NCBI RefSeq assembly: GCF_036971445.1
Contig: NC_091476.1
Span: 102,672,001 to 102,736,000, forward strand
Reading direction: 5' to 3'
Length of the DNA: 64,000 bases
Source: Narcine bancroftii
Taxonomy: Eukaryota
In this document: positions 49,070 to 61,830 of the stretch, in pieces
Numbering within the stretch: the stretch's first letter is position 1
How the letters are laid out: each line of letters begins with the position of its first letter
Made by a program: the position numbers and the translations under genes
The notes under the pieces: generated by a model
Database searches by the model: none
Told to the model about the DNA's origin: nothing
What the model saw: the letters and a program-made list of their open reading frames with translations, nothing else

Positions 49070-50600
49070 TAGTGCACAAAAAGTAAGGCAGTGCCTTTGG
49101 TTCATTGATTATTCAGGAATCTGATGGCAATGGGGAAGAAGCTGTCCTTGTGCCATTGAGTGCTTGTCTTTAGGCTCCTGATGGTGGCAGAATGAAGAGG
49201 GCATGGCCTGGGTGGTAGGGTCTTTTAAGACACCATCTCATGTAGATGTCCTTGATGGAGTGAAGTTTGGTGCCTGTGATGTCGCAGGCCAAGTTAACAA
49301 CCCTCTGGAGTTTATTCTTGTCCTAAGAGTTGGCACCTCCATGCCAGGCAGTGATGCAACCAGCCAGAATGCTCTCCACAGAACATCCGTAGAAGTTTAC
49401 GAGAGTGTTCGGTGACATGCCTAATCACTTCAGACACTTCACAAAATGTAGCTGCTGGTGAGCCTTCTTCATGATTGCATGGAGACTCCAGGAATTTGAA
49501 GTTCTTGACCTTCTCCACTACTGAGCCCTTGATGAGGGCTAGGTTGTGTTCCCTGACTTCCTCCTGAAGTCAACAATCATCTCTTTGGTTTTGCCGACGT
49601 TGAGTGCAAAGTTGTTGTCATTACACCATTCAATGAGCTGATCTATCTCCCTCCTGTACACTTCCTCATTGCTGTTTGTGATTCTCCCAACAATTGTGGT
49701 CATGGGCAAACGTAGAAAGCATTGAAATTGTGCCTAGCCACATAGTCATGGGTGTATAATGAGTAGAGCAGTGGACTAAGCACACATTCTTGGGGTAAGC
49801 CTGTGTTGAAAATCAGTGAGGAGGAGACTTTTCCAGTTCGTACTATGCTCTTCTGATGAGAAAGTCAAGGATCCAGTTGCAGAGTGGGTACAAAGGCCTA
49901 GAGTTTGTAGCTTCTTGACCAGCACTGAGCGAATAATGGTATTGAAGGCTGAGCTGTAGTTGATGAAGAGCAGCCATATGTATTAATTGCTGTTTTTGAG
50001 GTGATCCAGAGCTGAGTAGAGAGCCAGTGTTATTGCATCTGCTGTGGAGATTTCCGCCATCATCCTGGTCGCAGTGTACATTCCGTCCTAGGCTAACATC
50101 AGGCTGGCACTGGAGGGACTGAGCACTGTGATTTACAGTCATGAGACTGCACATTCTGATGTCTTCCCAATCACTGAGGGAGACTTCAATCAGGCCAACC
50201 TGAAGAAGACTCTGACAAGCAACCATCAACATGTCACATGAGACCAGGGGAACCAACACACTAGACCACTGCTTCACCACCATGAAGAACGTACAATGAG
50301 CCATATCAGAACCACACTTCGGTAAATGTGATCACCTGGCTGTACTTCTACTCCCAGCGAACAAGCAGAGACTGAAGACCACATCACAGTGGTGAAGACA
50401 GCAAAATTATGGTCAAGGGAGGCAGAGAAGCATCTGTAGGACTGCTTTGAATCAGTGGATTGGAACATATTTAAGAATTTATCCATAGACTTAAATGAAT
50501 ATGCCACAAGTGTCACTGACTTCATCAAGGCCTGTATGCCCAGGTCCACATACCGGTGGTTCCTCAACCAGAAACCCTGATGAATCAGAGAAGTCACAAC
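49070..50600. mobile_element. Degenerate Rex/Babar-like LINE fragments (minus-strand RT part then plus-strand endonuclease part)
   Basis: LCNWILDFL and VKNFKFL motifs on the minus strand, and acactagaccactgcttcacc on the plus strand near 50260. Confidence 0.65.
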
Positions 50601-50974
50601 CTGCAGAGGGCGAGAACCAAAAATTTACCAACATTTCAACCACCTCCTCCCCCCTCCCCCCCAAACAGGATACAGTGAGAAGCATTAAAACATTGATTAA
50701 AACAACTTTAATGTTGGTGTTATATGTAGATTGTGGAGATACACGTGACCTCCCTGCCTTTCTGGAATATTGTGGATTGCAGATGGTTACGTGTCCTCCC
50801 TGTCTCAAACTTATTTGGAAGTCACATTATCTATCAGATCACCCATTTGTGCACACCTTGCCATTGGTTTGTTTAAATTACCCCAGATCATTAATGTCTA
50901 GGCACCCAGATCAGAACCATATAAAACATTGAAGCTTAGCACAGTGAAGATTGATAAGAAGTTCTCCACAATCT

Positions 50975-51925
50975 TCATCAGTACAGGAGCACCACTGGAC
51001 TGTGTTCTTAGCCCCCGCTAAACTCACACTTTATACCTACGACTGTGTAGCTCAGTACGACAATAACTCCATCTACAAATTTGCTGACAATACCATGGTA
51101 GTGGGTTGTATAAAGGATGGGGATAAGTCAACATACAGGATGGAGATTGAAAACTTGACTGAATGGTGCACCAACAACAATATGGCACTCAATGTCACCA
51201 AAACTTCAGGAAAGGAAAGCCAGAGGTATACAATCCAGTAATCACTGGGGGATCAGTGGTGGAGAGGGGGAGCAAATTTAGGTTCTTGGGAGTCATTATC
51301 TCAGATGATCTTTCCTGGACCCAACACGCCAACTGCATCACGAAAAAAGCATGTCAATGCCTCTACTTCCTCAGGAGCTTGCAGAGGTTTGGTATGACAC
51401 CAGAAACCCTGGAAAATTTCTGTAGAGGTGTGGTGGAAAGTGTGCTGACCAGCTGCATCACTGTCTGGTATGGGAACACCAATATCCTGAGCATAAAGCC
51501 CTCCAAAAGGTAGTGGGCACAGCCCAGGCCATCACAAGCAAAACTCTCCCCACTATTGAGTACATCTACAAGGAACGCTGCCATCGGAGAGCAGCAGCAA
51601 TCATCAAAGACCCGCAGCACCCAGCACACACTCTGTTCTCGTTGCTGCCATCAGGAAAGTGATATAGGTGCCAGAAGATTCGCACCACCAAGTTCAGGAA
51701 CAGCTGCTACCCCTCCACCATCAAACTCCAACAACAAACTCAATCAGAAGTTCATTTAAGGTCTCTTACTTATGCACTTTATTGATTTTATTTTGTTCTC
51801 TCTGTATGGCAGTTTGTTTACATTATTTATCTGTTTACAGTTCTTTTATTTGTTGACATGTCTATGCTGTGGAGGAAAAAAGGAATCTCAGGGTTGTATG
51901 TGTACTCTGATAATAAATCTGAATT
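50975..51925 (+). mobile_element. Rex/Babar-like LINE 3' part
   Basis: ORFs 50951..51241 (LYTYDC..KFADNT) and 51163..51513 (FRFLGVIISDDLSW..KKA.Q.LYFLR), with an aataaatctga tail. Confidence 0.8.
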
Positions 51926-54026
51926 TCTTTCTCTCTGCCTTGTGGGCCAAGATCAAGACATTGCTCCATTCCAGGTTGCAACTGTGGATATCGCTGGAAG
52001 TGTCGCAGGTAAGGTGCACACTGCACTGAAGCTAAGACATTGTACTGCGATAGATCAGTACTTGCAGACATCCACACTCATGTTGGTACAGGGAACCAGG
52101 TGTGTGTGTGTGTGAAAGTCCCCATCTGTAGAGTATAGGCAGCCATTGGTATCGGAGTCTAACCTAGGTCCGATGTGAATGTCTATATCATTGTTTAATT
52201 AATATAGCAATCAAGTGCTGTCTGATGTCCTCCCCTGTTTGTGTTCTATGTGTTAATTAAAGTTATGCGTGATTGCAACACTTGTGTCCAGACTCGTCTT
52301 TCTGTGAACCCACCAAACCTGATACCCTTCCAAGCACAAATGGCGCTGCAAGCAGAGTTCAAAGAGTTTTGGCTGGACACATGTGGAGTGCTAACCACGT
52401 GGGAGATTGTGCTAATGAATGTGTGTGTGGGTGCCTTTCAGGTGCATACATTATCATGTACTTGCTCAGCAACAGGGGCAGTAGGAGGCAACCCACAGCT
52501 AGTAAAGGAACCCAGGGTCGTAATATAAAATCCCTGGGTGGACCGACGACCATTAGGCATTTAACTGTTGTGGACTGGATTGACAGATTGGACCTCGATG
52601 GAGAGAGGATAGGGCACACATGGTCTCCCTTCTGTAGGAATTGGAGTTTCCATAGGCCAGATGGAGTCGAGGGGAGCCCAATGGTTACTGATATCCCTAC
52701 TTAGGCACTAGTGGGATACTATATCTGATTTAAGTGATCAGGGCACCCAGGAAGATAGGGAGATAGAATCCCTGCAACATCACTGTTGTGCAACATGAGG
52801 CAGAGCAGACTTCCCCAGTCTGAGTAACCAACCTAGCAATAAAAGTCATGAAGGCAGCTTTCAAGCTGATTGAAATGCAGCAGCTGCAAGTAGCTCACTG
52901 GTCTGGCTGGCAGCTTGACCCAAAGTCTGAGCCATTGTCTAGCAGGGGGAAGGGATTGACAAGTGGTTAGGGGATGGGTATGTGTGGATGGATATGTGTG
53001 GATGGATGGTGAGGTCCTATACCCACCCACCCACCTCCAGTGTGTCTGAGCCTTTGCAAGCCCGACCAGAGACCACATGGTCCCAGTCTGCCATGAGGGG
53101 ACCTACCAACCCTCCAAAATGGGGAGGCAGCTGTAAATGGGGGGGGGGGGGGGAGGGGATGGCGGGAGGGGTGGGGGAGAACCTCAGGTGGGCACGTATG
53201 TGGTCACTGTGAGATTAAGGATCCCTGGACTACTCCACCAAGGAGCTTACAAGGCTAGGGGACTAATACCACCAGCATCCAGATGAACACCTAGCCATGC
53301 CGCTGCCATGGCTGTGAGATGAAGGGGGCCTCCAATGTCCACCTCACTCATCAGCAAATAGGATCAGGCGGTGAATCTGGGCCAGGTTCACTGCCCTCCT
53401 AGAATAAGATCTACATGGCCAGCCACAGTGGCACATTGTTGGCATGAGGATACAGGTTGTTATAGATTGGGCACTGATTGTGGTTATATATTTATGGGGG
53501 CACCTGAGAACACCACTTCCTAGAGAGCATAAAGGTAACTGGGCCTTGGCGGGCTATTTAGCAACCTTAGAAGGGTGGTCTTGCCCCTCATGGGGCTGGC
53601 AAGCGGGGGATATGTCCAGGAAGCCTTTACTTTCCTGGAGGCATTGGAGTACACAGGTCCCCTCACTGTGCTGAAAGGATGTTCAGTGATGTCACCCTGC
53701 CAGTGACTCAGATATGTATGCTCACTGGAGAGAGCTTTGCAGGGTTGGGGGGGGTGGGGGGGAGAAGGTGGGAAGTCCCATGGGATGAAGCTCTCTGTGT
53801 GCCATCCACTCTGACCTGGAGCAACCTCCCCTCTAGTCCTCCTCCACCAGAGATGGCCCCTGACTAATCTATCATCTGACCTCTTCCAACCCCCCCCCCC
53901 TCCACCCACCACAGGAGAAGACTACCCTTCAAGCTGCTCCTCTTCTCAACGTGAGGGTCTACAAAATGCTCATCAAAACAGACTGCTGTGATTCCATCAC
54001 TACTTTTTATAGCCTTCATGCCATCC

Positions 54027-56182
54027 TTCTTTCTTTGGCTTGGCTTCGCGGACGAAGATTTCTGGAGGGGGTAAAAGTCCACGTCAGCTGCAGGCTCTAT
54101 TGTGGCTGACAAGTCCGATGCAGGACAGGCAGACACGGTTGCAGCGGTTGCAGGGGAAAATTGGTTGGTTGGGGTTGGATGTTGGGTTTTTCCTCCTTTG
54201 TCTTTTGTCAGTGAGGTGGGCTTTGCGGTCTTCTTCAAAGGAGGTTTCTGCCCGCCGAACTGTGAGGCGCCAAGATGCACGGTTTGAGGCGATATCAGCC
54301 CACTTCCGGTGATCAATGTGGCAGGCACCAAGAGATTTCTTTAGGCAGTCCTTGTACCTTTTCTTTGGTGCACCTCTGTCACGGTGGCCAGTGGAGAGCT
54401 CGCCATATAACACGATCTTGGGAAGGCGATGGTCCTCCATTCTGGAGACGTGACCCATCCAGCGCAGCTGGATCTTCAGCAGCGTGGACTCGATGCTGTC
54501 GACCTCTGCCATCTCGAGTACTTGGACGTTAGGGATGAAAGCGCTCCAATGGATGTTGAGGATGGAGCGGAGACAACGCTGGTGGAAGCGTTCTAGAAGC
54601 CGTAGGTGACGCCGGTAGAGGACCCATGATTCGGAGCCGAACAGGAGTGTGGGTATGACAACGGCTCTGTATACGCTAATCTTTGTGAGGTTTTTCAGTT
54701 GGTTGTTTTTCCAGACTCTTTTGTGTAGTCTTCCAAAGGCGCTATTTGCCTTGGAGAGTCTGTTGTCTATCTCGTTGTCGATCCTTACATCTGATGAAAT
54801 GGTGCAGCCGAGATAGGTAAACTAGTTGACCGTTTTGAGTTTTGTGTGCCCGATGGAGATGTGGGGGAGCTGGTAGTCATGGTGGGGAGCTGGCTGATGG
54901 AGGACCTCCGTTTTCTTCAGGCTGACTTCCAGGCCAAACATTTTGGCAGTTTCCGCAAAACAGGACGTCAAGCGCTGAAGAGCTGGCTCTGAATGGGCAA
55001 CTAAAGCGGCATCGTCTGCAAAGAGTAGTTCACGGACAAGTTGCTCTTGTGTCTTGGTGTGAGCTTGCAGGCGTCTCAGATTGAAGAGACTGTCATCCGT
55101 GCGGTACCGGATGAAAACAGCGTCTTCATTGTTGAGGTCTTTCATGGCTTGGTTCAGCATCATGCTGAAGAAGATTGAAAAGAGGGTTGGTGCAAGAACA
55201 CAGCCTTGCTTCACACCATTGTTAATGGAGAAGGGTTCAGAGAGCTCATTGCTGTATCTGACCCGACCTTGTTGGTTTTCATGCAGTTGGATAATCATGT
55301 TGAGGAACTTTGGGGGACATCCGATGCGCTCTAGTATTTGCCAAAGCCCTTTCCTGCTCACGGTGTCGAAGGCTTTGGTGAGGTCAACAAAGGTGATGTA
55401 GAGTCCTTTGTTTTGTTCTCTGCACTTTTCTTGGAGCTGTCTGAGGGCAAAGACCATGTCAGTAGTTCCTCTGTTGGCGCGAAAGCCGCACTGTGATTCT
55501 GGGAGAATATTCTCGGCGACACTAGGTATTATTCTATTTAGGAGAATCCTAGCGAAGATTTTGCCTGCAATGGAGAGCAGCGTGATTCCCCTGTAGTTTG
55601 AGCAGTCTGATTTCTCGCCTTTGTTTTTGTACAGGGTGATGATGATGGCATCACGAAGGTCCTGAGGCAGTTTTCCTTGGTCCCAACAAAGCTTGAAAAA
55701 CTCATGCAGTTTGACATGCAGAGTTTTGCCGCCAGCCTTCCAGACCTCTGGTGGGATTCCATCCATGCCTGCTGCTTTGCCACTTTTCAGTTGTTCAATT
55801 ACCTTATATGTCTCATCCTGGGTGAGGACCTCATCCAGCTCTAGCCTTACGGGCTGTTGAGGGAGCTGGAGCAAGGCGGAATCTTGGACTGAGCGGTTGG
55901 CACTGAAAAGAGATTGGAAGTGTTCTGAGCATCGGTTGAGGATGGAGATCTTGTCGCTGAGGAGGACTTTGCCATCTGAGCTGCGCAGCGGGCTTTGGAC
56001 TTGGGGTGAGGGGCCGTACACAGCCTTTAGAGCCTCGTAGAAACCCCTGAAGTCGCCAATGTCCGCGCTGAGTTGGGTTCGCTTGGCGAGGCTAGTCCAC
56101 CACTCATTTTGGATCTCCCGGAGTTTGCGCTGAAGATGGCTGCATGCGCGACGGAAGGCTTATTTCTTTTCTGGACAGGACG
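54027..56182 (-). mobile_element. RTE-clade LINE, 5'-truncated, one premature stop (54822)
   Basis: ORFs 54822..56021 (NYRGITLL, ESQCGFR, DLTKAFD, GVKQGC, LFADD) and 54084..54512. A 7-bp TSD gccatcc is at 54020-54026 and 56183-56189. Confidence 0.95.
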
Positions 56183-56631
56183 GCCATCCACTGTTCTGTT
56201 AGACCAGCAAGGAGCTGTTATCTCTTATAATTCACTGAACTTTCAAGCAGACATACGACAACTGTTGCCATGGAAACATTATGATTTTACACTCAAGCTC
56301 AAAGATGACCGCATTTTTTGTTATGCACATTCCAACTGCAGCTTTTGTTATGGACCTTTTTGCCTCCACCCCCCACCCCTCTCTTTTTAATTGTGTTGTG
56401 GAAAGTGGAGTTACAGATCATTATTACAATGCTACAGTTTATAACTACAGTGTTACAGATCAAATACAGACCAAAGAAATATTGTATACAGTTTGTTTCC
56501 ACTTGAAAATGACAGTGGCCCCAGCAGCCCTCTCATGAAAGGAAACAAATACCTAATGGGGTGGGTGCTTCAGGGGCTTTTATTTAAAAATACTAATTTT
56601 GCCAATTTGCAGTCCTGACTCCTGGCTATCA

Positions 56632-57912
56632 TTTTTTTTAAACTTTATCTATGTCGTTCAAAAAAACAATTAGTACATAACATATACAACAATTAACCCT
56701 AAACATGAACGTTATTTTTTATATAGAGAAAAAAAAAAGAAAAGAACCCCCCCCCCCTCCTTCAGCCAACTCTCCTAAGGAGAGCCATAAAGAAAAATAA
56801 GAAAAAATATTTAAAAAGAATTTAAGCATACATATTAAGATCTAATCAATTTAAATTGAAATGTAAATATTCTGAATATAATAACCACTTATTAATAAAA
56901 AACTAATTATCACGTGAAACATATGTATTTTTTCCATTATTAAACAATATTTCATCTCATTATGCCATCTATTAATATCAATCATATTTGTATCTTTCCA
57001 CGTACTAGCAATACATTTTTTCGCTACAGATAAAGCTAAAAATACAAAAGCAAGTTGAAACTTATCTCATCCCAAACTTTTCAAAGGTTACAAACTACCC
57101 AGTAAAAACACTGTCGGATCTAAAAGTATTTTAATCTTATACAGGTATTCTAAAAACAATTACATTTTCTTCCAAAAAGATTGTACATGACCAAACAGCA
57201 TGAAAAAAAGTTCCAACAAAATTACCACATCTAAAACACAAATCTGATTCATGAAAACCATACTTTTTAAAATTTTTCAGGTGTTAAGTATAATTGATGT
57301 AAAAAAAATTATAGTTAATCATTGCCTAACGTGCATTTATCAATCTAGTTACACTATCATAACAAATATCTAACTAATCATCCTCGGAAAAAATAAAACC
57401 AATGTCCACTTTCCATTTACGTTTAGACCTATCCCAACCCCTTTTATCCACACCATCTTGTAATATTTGATACATAGATGAAATATAACCCTTCTCTGGT
57501 ACCTTCATAAGAAAAATCTCAAATTTAGTCATTTCAGGCAAAATCATATCTCTCTACCAAACGTACGTTTTACCAAAGATCGGATTTGGTAATAGAGAAA
57601 CAAAGAGTTCTTATCAATACCAAAACTGTCCCTCATCTGATTAAAAGATAAAAATTTACCCTCTAAAACAATCTCCTAAATTCTTCACACCTTTAAATCT
57701 CCAATGCAATAAACTTTGATTATGTATTGAAAAAGAAATAAGTTAATTATACAACGGAGTCGAAGCTGATAATTCAGCCCTAGAGCCTATCATTTTATTT
57801 TTCTTAATCCATAGCTTCATTAAATGTTTTAATAGGCACATTATATTGCTGTAACAAATTTATATTCCATCTAAACAAAAATTGATGTATTTCAAATTCA
57901 GAAATATTTGCC
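56632..57912 (-). mobile_element. Degenerate L1-clade ORF2 3' end
   Basis: CFRCGNFVGTFFHAVWSC (CCHC) at about 57185-57237, and an A-rich tail at 56632. Confidence 0.75.
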
Positions 57913-58154
57913 TGGCTATCATTACAGGGAACCAACACAGGCACTTGTGACACTAATTTAAAGGGAACATGAGCAGGAACGGCATCCTGGTATCAGATGA
58001 CAACGCAGAAAAACAGGGCGTTCCCAGGAGATATGGGTACAGCCTGGATACACGCTTGCCAGTCTGCCCCATCTCACTATGAGATAGCATGGGCGATGGG
58101 CATCTGGGCTCTGTACTTAGCACCCAAATATGAAGCCAAGGCACGGGATGCACG

Positions 58155-59540
58155 AATGAGATCATGGCTGATCTGATAATAGCCTTATCTCCACCTACCT
58201 GTCTTTTCTCCTACTATATATAAATCTATCTAACATTGTCTTAAATGTATTTACTGAGGTAGCCTCCACTACTTTAATGGGCAGCAAATTCCAGATTCAA
58301 CATCCTCTGGGAAAAGCTGTTCCTCCTCATCTCTGTCCTAAATCTATCCTGAATCTTGAGGCTATGTCCCCTAGTTCTGGTTTCCCCCCACCCAATGGAA
58401 ACAACTTATCTTCCTCTATCTTATCTATGTTTTTCAGAATTTTATGTTTCTGTAAGATCCCCTCTCATTTTTCTAAATTCCAACACTTACAGTCCCATAC
58501 AAGTCAATCTCTCCTCAGACAAATCCATCATCTCTGGAATCAACTTGGTGAACTTCCTCTGCCAACCTCCAAAGTGATTATATCCTTCCTCAAGTCAGGA
58601 GACCAGAACTGCATGCAGTACTCTGGATGCAGTCTCACCAGTACCTTGTACAGTTGCAGCATAACCTTTCTACTCCTAAATTCAATCCCTCCAGCAACCA
58701 TTCCATTTGCCTCCTTGATAGACTGCTGCACCTGCAAACCAATCTTTTGCAATTCACGTACAAGCCCTTCTGCACATCAGCATGCTGCAATCGCTTTCCA
58801 TTTAAATAATAATCTAATCTTCCATTTTTCTTTAAATATTGTACTCCATCTGTCAGATCCTCGCCCACTCACTATATCTACCTGCAGGCTCTCCATAGTC
58901 GCTGCACAATTTGCTTTTCCAATCAATTTAGTGTAATCGGTCAACTTAGATATACTCAGAATCATAATTTATTGTTATGAAATTCGATGTTTTGCAACAG
59001 CATCATAGTGCAAACATTCATATAAGCCACCTTACAACAATAAATAAAAAACTATCACTCTTCCAGATCATTAATGTATATCATGAACAGGTGTGGGCCC
59101 CAGCAGTGATCCCCGTGATCAGCACACTGATCATCATTGATTACCAACCAGAAAAACACCCCTGTGAAAAACACACTCTTTGCTTTCTATTGTTTAACCA
59201 AACCTCTATCCACGCTTTTCCATCCCACCCCCCTCCCCCCCAACTCTATTCATCCTTACCTTCCGTATGTCTTTTATGCAGCACCTTATCAAACGTCTTC
59301 TGGAAATCCAGGTAAACGATGTCCATCTGCTCCCCTCTATCTACTGTGCTCATTATATCCTCAAAGAACTCTGATAAATTTGTCAAACAGGACTTGCCTT
59401 TACCAAATCCACCCAACGGATCCATCTCACTCCTGATGCCCTGCAATTTCTTCTTCAATGATAGCATCAACTATATTCCCATCCATAGATGCCAAACCAA
59501 CTGGCCTACAGTTTCCTGCCCCTTGCCCACATCCCCTTCC
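58155..59540 (-). mobile_element. Degenerate CR1 LINE
   Basis: ORFs containing GKSCLTNLSEFFE..DIVYLDFQKTFDKV and LYKVLVRLHPEYCMQFWSP. Confidence 0.85.
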
Positions 59541-59900
59541 TAACTGGATTGACATCCACTGTTCAAAAGGGCATTGGTATTTTGTAAATACTATAACATG
59601 TACTTTTTGATAGTAAAAATAAAGAAAAGCATGTAGTATTGTCCTGTATTTCTGTACTTTATGATTAGCTGTTGAAAACAAAATTGTACGCGAGGACAAA
59701 TCCCAGGGTGAACTGTACAACAATATACAGTGCATGATGTAGAAGCTGAGGCGACAGTTAGTTAAAGGTTAAGGACAATTGGACCGCCGGTGCTGCGTCT
59801 GAACTCAGGCCGCTAGTGATCCGAAGGCAACACAATATTCAGCGGACACAGCTCCCAGCCTCGGCGATAAACAGATGCCGGGGTTTGGCGCTCTCCTTAC

Positions 59901-60025
59901 CCCCCGCCTTTGATCTTCACATTTATCTTTTTCCGTCTTGTTACAAGGCTCCGATCCCGTCGCTTTCCAGAGTGTGAGCTACTCAAATACCGCTTCAAAT
60001 ACTCTTCTTTGCTGAGGGCCGCCAT
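59901..60025 (-). CDS. BUD13: BUD13 exon 1 (MAALSKEEYLKRYLS...KGGG)
   Basis: Conserved LSK.EYLKRYLS N-terminus and GG|gtaagg donor. The 11 exons sum to 2202 nt (733 aa plus stop). Confidence 0.95.
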
Positions 60026-60135
60026 CGCAATCCCAGCCAACACCGCGCTCGTCACCTAAGCAACCGAGATGTCGTGACGTTTCACCAATCAATTGGGAGG
60101 GAGGGGTGTCGGCTGGGAAGGCGCCATCTTGGTCA
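60026..60135 (-). promoter_or_regulatory. BUD13: BUD13 promoter / 5' region
   Basis: X-box GTCACCTAAGCAAC at 60051-60064, TGACGT at 60075-60080, CCAAT at 60085-60089, ATTGG at 60092-60096, YY1 CGCCATCTT at 60122-60130. Confidence 0.65.
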
Positions 60136-61460
60136 AGGAGAAACCATCTTTGGGAAGGAGGAATTGTTTGTCTCTGGTGAGGGTCTCAGTGGCTGTAAAT
60201 CCAGGTGAGATGTACAATGGACAGATGCATCGAACTACTTGCACAGATACAAGAAATACACCAAGTACAATAATATAAAATTAATTACAAATATGTCATG
60301 AAATAAAAGAGAATACACATAAAAATACAGGGCTGCAAAATATTCACAACTATTTCTGGGGTTTTCAGGATTTATTCTGCCAGGGGACAGCCAACCTTTA
60401 TTAATTTAGGCATACAGCATGGTAGCAGGCCTTTCGGTCCATGAGTCTGTGCCACCTAATTAACCTAAACCCCCGGGATGTACCCATGGGCCAAAATGGC
60501 CTGGTACCGTGCAGTAGTCGAAATTAAAAGGTTGGCCAACCCGGTATATAGACCCTTGCATCGCAAAAGAAAATCATGAGAACGTGGAACATTTTCATTA
60601 AATTGTTTTAATACTTTAAAACCAAACTGCTGGAGAAACTCAGCGGCTCAAGCAGCAAGCGTGGAGGTGGAGGGTAGAGACCTGCATTTTTCCTCCACTA
60701 GTTTTTGCTCCACATTCCAGCTTCTGCAGTCTCATGTCTTCATTTTGGTTTAAAGCATATTGTATCCAGCCTTATCTCCATCTCCAAATTCTCAGAACTG
60801 AAACTTTAACTCTATTTTCCTTTCCACCGGTGCCACTTTCCAGTCAGAATTAGTAACCCCCTAACTTAAGATGGTGTTGGGATGCTATGTGTTGTGCTTA
60901 TGGCATATTTAACGTGAGAAAAATAAACACTGAACTCAAATGGTGCAATCCATAAGCCAGACAAGTACAAGTTCACAAAGTGATTTCAAGTGCAGAAGAT
61001 GAATGTTACAGTTTTAAATCTGTAGACAAGAAATTGGATACCATATTGTAAGCCTGTAGGGACTTGGAAAGGACATGCATGAAGAGCCTCAGAATGAGAT
61101 TTAGTCATTTGATTTTGAAGTAGATTTCAGATTTATTGTCAGAGTACATACATGACATCACAAACAACTCTGAGATTCTTTTTATATGCTGGCCAGCTAG
61201 AATTATCACTTATTGGTAGTGCAAAAAAAATTACAAAACTTACAAATGTAAACAAATAAGAAAATGTAAAGCTTAATCGTAATACAGGGAGAATTTTTAA
61301 AAAATCAATAAAATGCAAGAGTCCTTAAATGAGTTCCTGATTAATTTTGTAGTTGAGGAGTCTGATAGTGGAGGGGTTGCAGTTGTTTCTGAACCTGTGG
61401 CACCTATTCCTCTTTCCTGACAGTAGCAGCGAGAATAGACCATGTGCTGGGTGGTGTAGG

Positions 61461-61830
61461 TGTAGCCACGCACTACTCGAAAGAAGACATATAGTTAAGT
61501 TAAGCTCTGAGTTTTATTAGGGCTTAGGCTGACTTTTATACTTGCACTGTTCCCGTCGTGGTGCCCCTCGACTGACGTCAAAAATGCATAACAAAAGTGG
61601 TTTCCTGCCCGTGGGCAATCTTCTGCATAACTATGCCCTTCTTCCTGCGCGTTGTCCCTGTCTGTTGGCTCCGCAGCAAGGCCAGCGCCATTTTGGGGTC
61701 ACTGGCCTTTAAGCTACCCTTACCATTCATCCGCTTGTTCGATTGTTCGGACAAGTGCCACTGCATGGGTTATTGGCCTTTGGTTCCACTCACCACCTGG
61801 AACGCCACTGCGGCGGGCCACCCCTTGACA
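61461..61830 (-). repeat. 3' LTR of Gypsy element
   Basis: TG...CA ends and an adjacent polypurine tract (61831-61841). On the minus strand, TATAAAA at 61534-61540 and AATAAA at 61513-61518. Confidence 0.8.
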
